Shown: positions 29,107-32,000 of the stretch, one piece after another
Layout of the letters: each line of letters starts with the position of its first letter
Numbering within the stretch: the stretch's first letter is position 1
Assembly (NCBI GenBank): GCA_000175855.1
Contig: ACYB01000046.1
Span: forward strand, 90,001 to 122,000
Length of the DNA stretch: 32,000 bases
Reading direction: 5' to 3'
Origin: Raphidiopsis brookii D9
GTDB taxonomy: Bacteria > Cyanobacteriota > Cyanobacteriia > Cyanobacteriales > Nostocaceae
Translations under genes and position numbers: made by a program
The notes under the pieces: generated by a model
Told to the model about the DNA's origin: nothing
The model's database searches: none
What the model saw: only the letters and a program-made list of their open reading frames with translations

Positions 29107-29400
29107 ATGAGTTTTTCCGTACAATCACTTTACTCTTGGTATGGTAAATTAATCCGTAAACCTAAGTACCGCTGGTGGGTCATTATGGGAACTATTGTTT
29201 ATTTGGTCAGTCCCATTGATATTGCTCCCGATTTTATCCCTGTTGTTGGTCAAATTGATGACTTAGTTTTATTAACATTATTGGTATCGGAGGTGTCCAA
29301 ATTTGTTATTGAGGGCTGGAAGTCTTCCAAAGCTAAAACTAACTCCTCTGTAAAGGATGTTGATTCAAAGGATACGGTAATTGAGGTAACCAAACAATAA
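29107..29400 (+). CDS. YkvA family protein (DUF1232)
   Basis: 97 aa; 'YLVSPIDIAPDFIPVVGQIDDLVLLTLLVSEV' is the characteristic motif. Confidence 0.9.
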   Translation: MSFSVQSLYSWYGKLIRKPKYRWWVIMGTIVYLVSPIDIAPDFIPVVGQIDDLVLLTLLVSEVSKFVIEGWKSSKAKTNSSVKDVDSKDTVIEVTKQ

Positions 29401-30748
29401 AGCTGGTTCCCGGAAGAGAAAAGGATGCTCTATCAAATTCTACTGCAGGGCTGAAAACCTCTATTTCTCCCTGCATTTGTGCTATGAGTTGTTTGGCGAT
29501 CGCCATTCCTAAACCTGTACCTGGAATGCTACTATTAGCTTGTACTCCTCTGTAATGTCTTTCACCCAAACGCTCCAGATCCTCTTTGGGTATACCGGGT
29601 CCTGTATCGCTAATAGCTATACCCTGAATTTCCGTGTTTTTTTGTAGAGACTGAATGGAGATTTTTCCACCTGCAGGGGTATATTTTAATGCATTATCTA
29701 TGATGTTACTGAAAACCTCTCTGAGTGCCTTAGTATTGGCTTTTACTGGTGGTAAATGGTTGGGAATGTCTATTAAAAGTTGAATAGTTTTTTCCTGAGC
29801 TAGAACTTGTGCAGAGGCTAATATGGGTACCAGTATATCTTTCAGATAACAACTAGTAGGCTCTTCCCCCGTTCCTGGTAGCAAAAGCGGCGCTGTTTTA
29901 TCAGGAGATGCTTCCACTGTAAGTGCTGATCCTAGTATGGGAATAGCTGTTGTGTCTCTACTTTTTGAGTCTAAAACCTGATCAAACTTTTGCAATAACT
30001 CCTGCAGGCGATCGCTTTGATTGATAATATTTATGGCTACTTCCCTATCAGTATCATTAGATCTTAATCTTTTTAAAAGAAGTTTACCAAAAGTACGAAT
30101 AGCAGTCAGAGGATTACGAAACTGATGTAAAAGACTATCTAGTAAGTCCCCCTGCTCCTTTTGTAATGCTTTTTCTTGTTGTAGTTGGTGTTGTAACCAA
30201 ACTTGACGCTGATCCAATATACAGGCGATCGCTAAAGTTGTAGCTATGCGGCGAACTTCTTTTTCTTCCACTGGGTTCCAAGGACGATCGTGCCTTGATG
30301 TCAAAAGCAGTCCCACCATCAAACCTTCATATACTAGGGGTAACACAATTTGGTACTGTCCAAATAGATATTTGTCTTCTAGGTTAAGGTAGTTATTATG
30401 CTCACTAGTATGGGCCCTAGTTGACTGTGGGGATGAGGGACTAGAGTCTAATCCTGGTGCTAACAGTTTTTGATCTGGTAATGACAAAACATCACTAGGG
30501 TCGCTCAAATTGCTTAAATTACTAAATTTGAGGTTGTTAACTTTTACTCTGCCCACATCCTGGGAATAATTTAATCGAGAAGCTTCTGGATAGACCAGAA
30601 CGGGAATTAATAACCCTTCTCCACTGGCGTGGTCTACCAATTCCTGTGTTAAGTAGACCACACTTGAAGACGCTCCCAGTCCCTGGGTTAATAGTGATAC
30701 TTGCTCTTGACATAGAGCAATAAAATCAGAACTGGCAGACATTAACAT
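29339..30748 (-). CDS. Soluble sensor histidine kinase (GAF-like + HisKA + HATPase_c)
   Basis: 469 aa; no TM; 'LLDSLLHQFRNPLTAIRTFGKLLLKRL' phosphoacceptor region, 'LREVFSNIIDNALKYTPAGGKISI' N-box, 'GIAISDTGPGIPKEDLERLGERHYRG' and 'GTGLGMAIAKQLI' G-boxes. Confidence 0.92.
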   Translation of the reverse strand: MLMSASSDFIALCQEQVSLLTQGLGASSSVVYLTQELVDHASGEGLLIPVLVYPEASRLNYSQDVGRVKVNNLKFSNLSNLSDPSDVLSLPDQKLLAPGLDSSPSSPQSTRAHTSEHNNYLNLEDKYLFGQYQIVLPLVYEGLMVGLLLTSRHDRPWNPVEEKEVRRIATTLAIACILDQRQVWLQHQLQQEKALQKEQGDLLDSLLHQFRNPLTAIRTFGKLLLKRLRSNDTDREVAINIINQSDRLQELLQKFDQVLDSKSRDTTAIPILGSALTVEASPDKTAPLLLPGTGEEPTSCYLKDILVPILASAQVLAQEKTIQLLIDIPNHLPPVKANTKALREVFSNIIDNALKYTPAGGKISIQSLQKNTEIQGIAISDTGPGIPKEDLERLGERHYRGVQANSSIPGTGLGMAIAKQLIAQMQGEIEVFSPAVEFDRASFSLPGTSFIVWLPQLPYPLNQHPLQRS

Positions 30749-31210
30749 TTTTTCAATTTCACTGAGTAGTTGTGTAAATGCTACAGATACCTATCAACCA
30801 TTTTATAAGCATTTTGGCTAAAGCTATAAAAGAAGTTGTAATTTAGAGGTTATGTGTGCAAGGTGGTCATTTTTTATCAATGCGCGCCCTTTTGCCATCT
30901 TGTTTATTGCTATCAGTTACCTATTCTAATTCCTAATTGTTAAGTGGAGTGAATCTATCACTATTGATTATTTTAATATTATTTCAGCCATCATATAACC
31001 TTAACTACTAAGATTTGCGTATCTATTAATATTTAATATACACAATTTATTCTAAAGATACTGACTAATTGATCCCAGTTGAGGAATGGATTGATAGGGA
31101 TGTATCGAAAGGTTAAAAACCATTGATTTTTTCTGGCAACCCGTATATAATTACCACGAGTTTTGTAGCTGTGACTACAATCTTCTAGCTTGAAAGAGGA
31201 GGACAATAAG

Positions 31211-31531
31211 TTGGCAAGGAGACGTAAAAGAAAAAGCCGTCGTCGTCAGGAAGGACGACGGATTCTGGAAAATGTGCCTCAGTACAGCATAGAAAGCGGC
31301 GAAGACAAACCAGTGACAGCAGCGAGAAAGTTTATTCACGCTGAAGGTATCTTGCCTCCTGCCTTGCTATTAGTAAAAAGGAACGAACACACCACAGACC
31401 GTTACTTTTGGGCGGAAAAGGGTCTGTTTGGTGCTCAATACGTAGAAGAAAATCATTTTTTATTCCCTAGCTTGAGAATGTTGGAAACTCCAGCTAGTGC
31501 AGAACAACTAGTGAATCTGGCAAATCGCTAA
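31211..31531 (+). CDS. DUF3155 cyanobacterial protein
   Basis: 'ARRRKRKSRRRQEGRRILENVPQYSIESGEDKPVTAARKFIHAEGILPPALLLVKRNEHTTDRYFWAEKGLFGAQYVEE'. TTG at 31211 preceded by AGAGGAGGA is a better start than the tracked 31190. Confidence 0.8.
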   Translation: MARRRKRKSRRRQEGRRILENVPQYSIESGEDKPVTAARKFIHAEGILPPALLLVKRNEHTTDRYFWAEKGLFGAQYVEENHFLFPSLRMLETPASAEQLVNLANR

Positions 31532-31892
31532 GTTCTGGAATGGTTTTTTTACGCATTCAACTTCTTACTTCTGACCTCAAAATCAATTAACTGGCAAAAT
31601 TGAACAGTTGACGCAAAAATTCAATTTTTTTTTAGTTTGTGGCCGAACTGACAGTGGTGCTAATGAATTGGATAATTAAACCTAGTACAGAGTGACAACA
31701 AAATCAAGCGCATAAATGGGTATACTGCTAGAATAACTGAGTTAAGTTCATTTCTTAGTAAGACCATCAATACAAAGTTTGTTATGTCCTCTCTGTTCTC
31801 TGAACAGGTCGGAAGTAAGTAATTATGTGTCACGGTGTTAGGTCACTGACTGATTTATCCGTAATCTAAGTTGTTGTGACTATTACCAAAAA

Positions 31893-32000
31893 TCAATCGA
31901 CAATTTTCAGTTGTAAAGCCCTTTTCAACTCCGCGAGTTCGTCTCGGTGAGCAGTGACAGTGATTATACTTGAGGGGTGTTGTTCATTTTGGCAAAACTC
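31893..32000 (-). CDS. Possible C-terminal end of a minus-strand gene extending beyond the window
   Basis: Open frame to the window edge: EFCQNEQHPSSIITVTAHRDELAELKRALQLKIVD*; composition looks coding but only 35 residues visible. Confidence 0.35.
   Translation of the reverse strand, partial: EFCQNEQHPSSIITVTAHRDELAELKRALQLKIVD

Noticed and set aside
31532-31892. Possible ncRNA or CRISPR-like repeat in the long gap after the DUF3155 gene
   Set aside because: AT-rich with homopolymer runs but no spaced direct repeats or convincing stem-loop; no support for a specific call.
1-32000. Search for a novel defence/biosynthetic/mobile system
   Set aside because: Apart from the degraded IS607 remnant all sizeable ORFs match housekeeping, photosynthetic or transport families; no cluster of unknown genes is present.

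Overview
This 32 kb window looks like ordinary cyanobacterial chromosome: HIP1 GCGATCGC octamers are frequent, and psbV, petE, petJ, thf1 and a split pntA/pntB are present. Nearly all of it is conserved housekeeping sequence. Main content in order: 3' part of a Na+/H+ antiporter with a TrkA-like domain; TonB-like protein; petJ; IS607-family remnant (tnpA/tnpB fragments); petE; psbV; accD; prepilin peptidase; leuB; pntB, pntA2, pntA1; DUF2808; rpmH (absent from the ORF track); rnpA; PH-domain protein; yidC; jag/R3H; DUF177; a frameshifted phytase-like esterase; MFS transporter; Ugd and Uxs-like genes; an ndhS-like gene; rodA; mrp; SRPBCC protein; hemF; STAS protein with an anomalous start; thf1; exbD and exbB; DUF1232; histidine kinase; DUF3155. 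I found no convincing novel multi-gene system, CRISPR array or defence island. The most useful anomalies are: (1) a decayed IS607/TnpB element between cytochrome c6 and plastocyanin, with the TnpB middle deleted; (2) an in-frame amber codon just before the conserved C-terminus of the prepilin peptidase; (3) an 8-nt homopolymer frameshift splitting the phytase-like gene; (4) a STAS-domain gene with no usable start codon in frame; (5) several clean dyads, including a 19-bp operator-like dyad upstream of petE and a perfect 20-bp palindrome downstream of it. The disrupted-gene calls could be biology or assembly error and need read-level checks.
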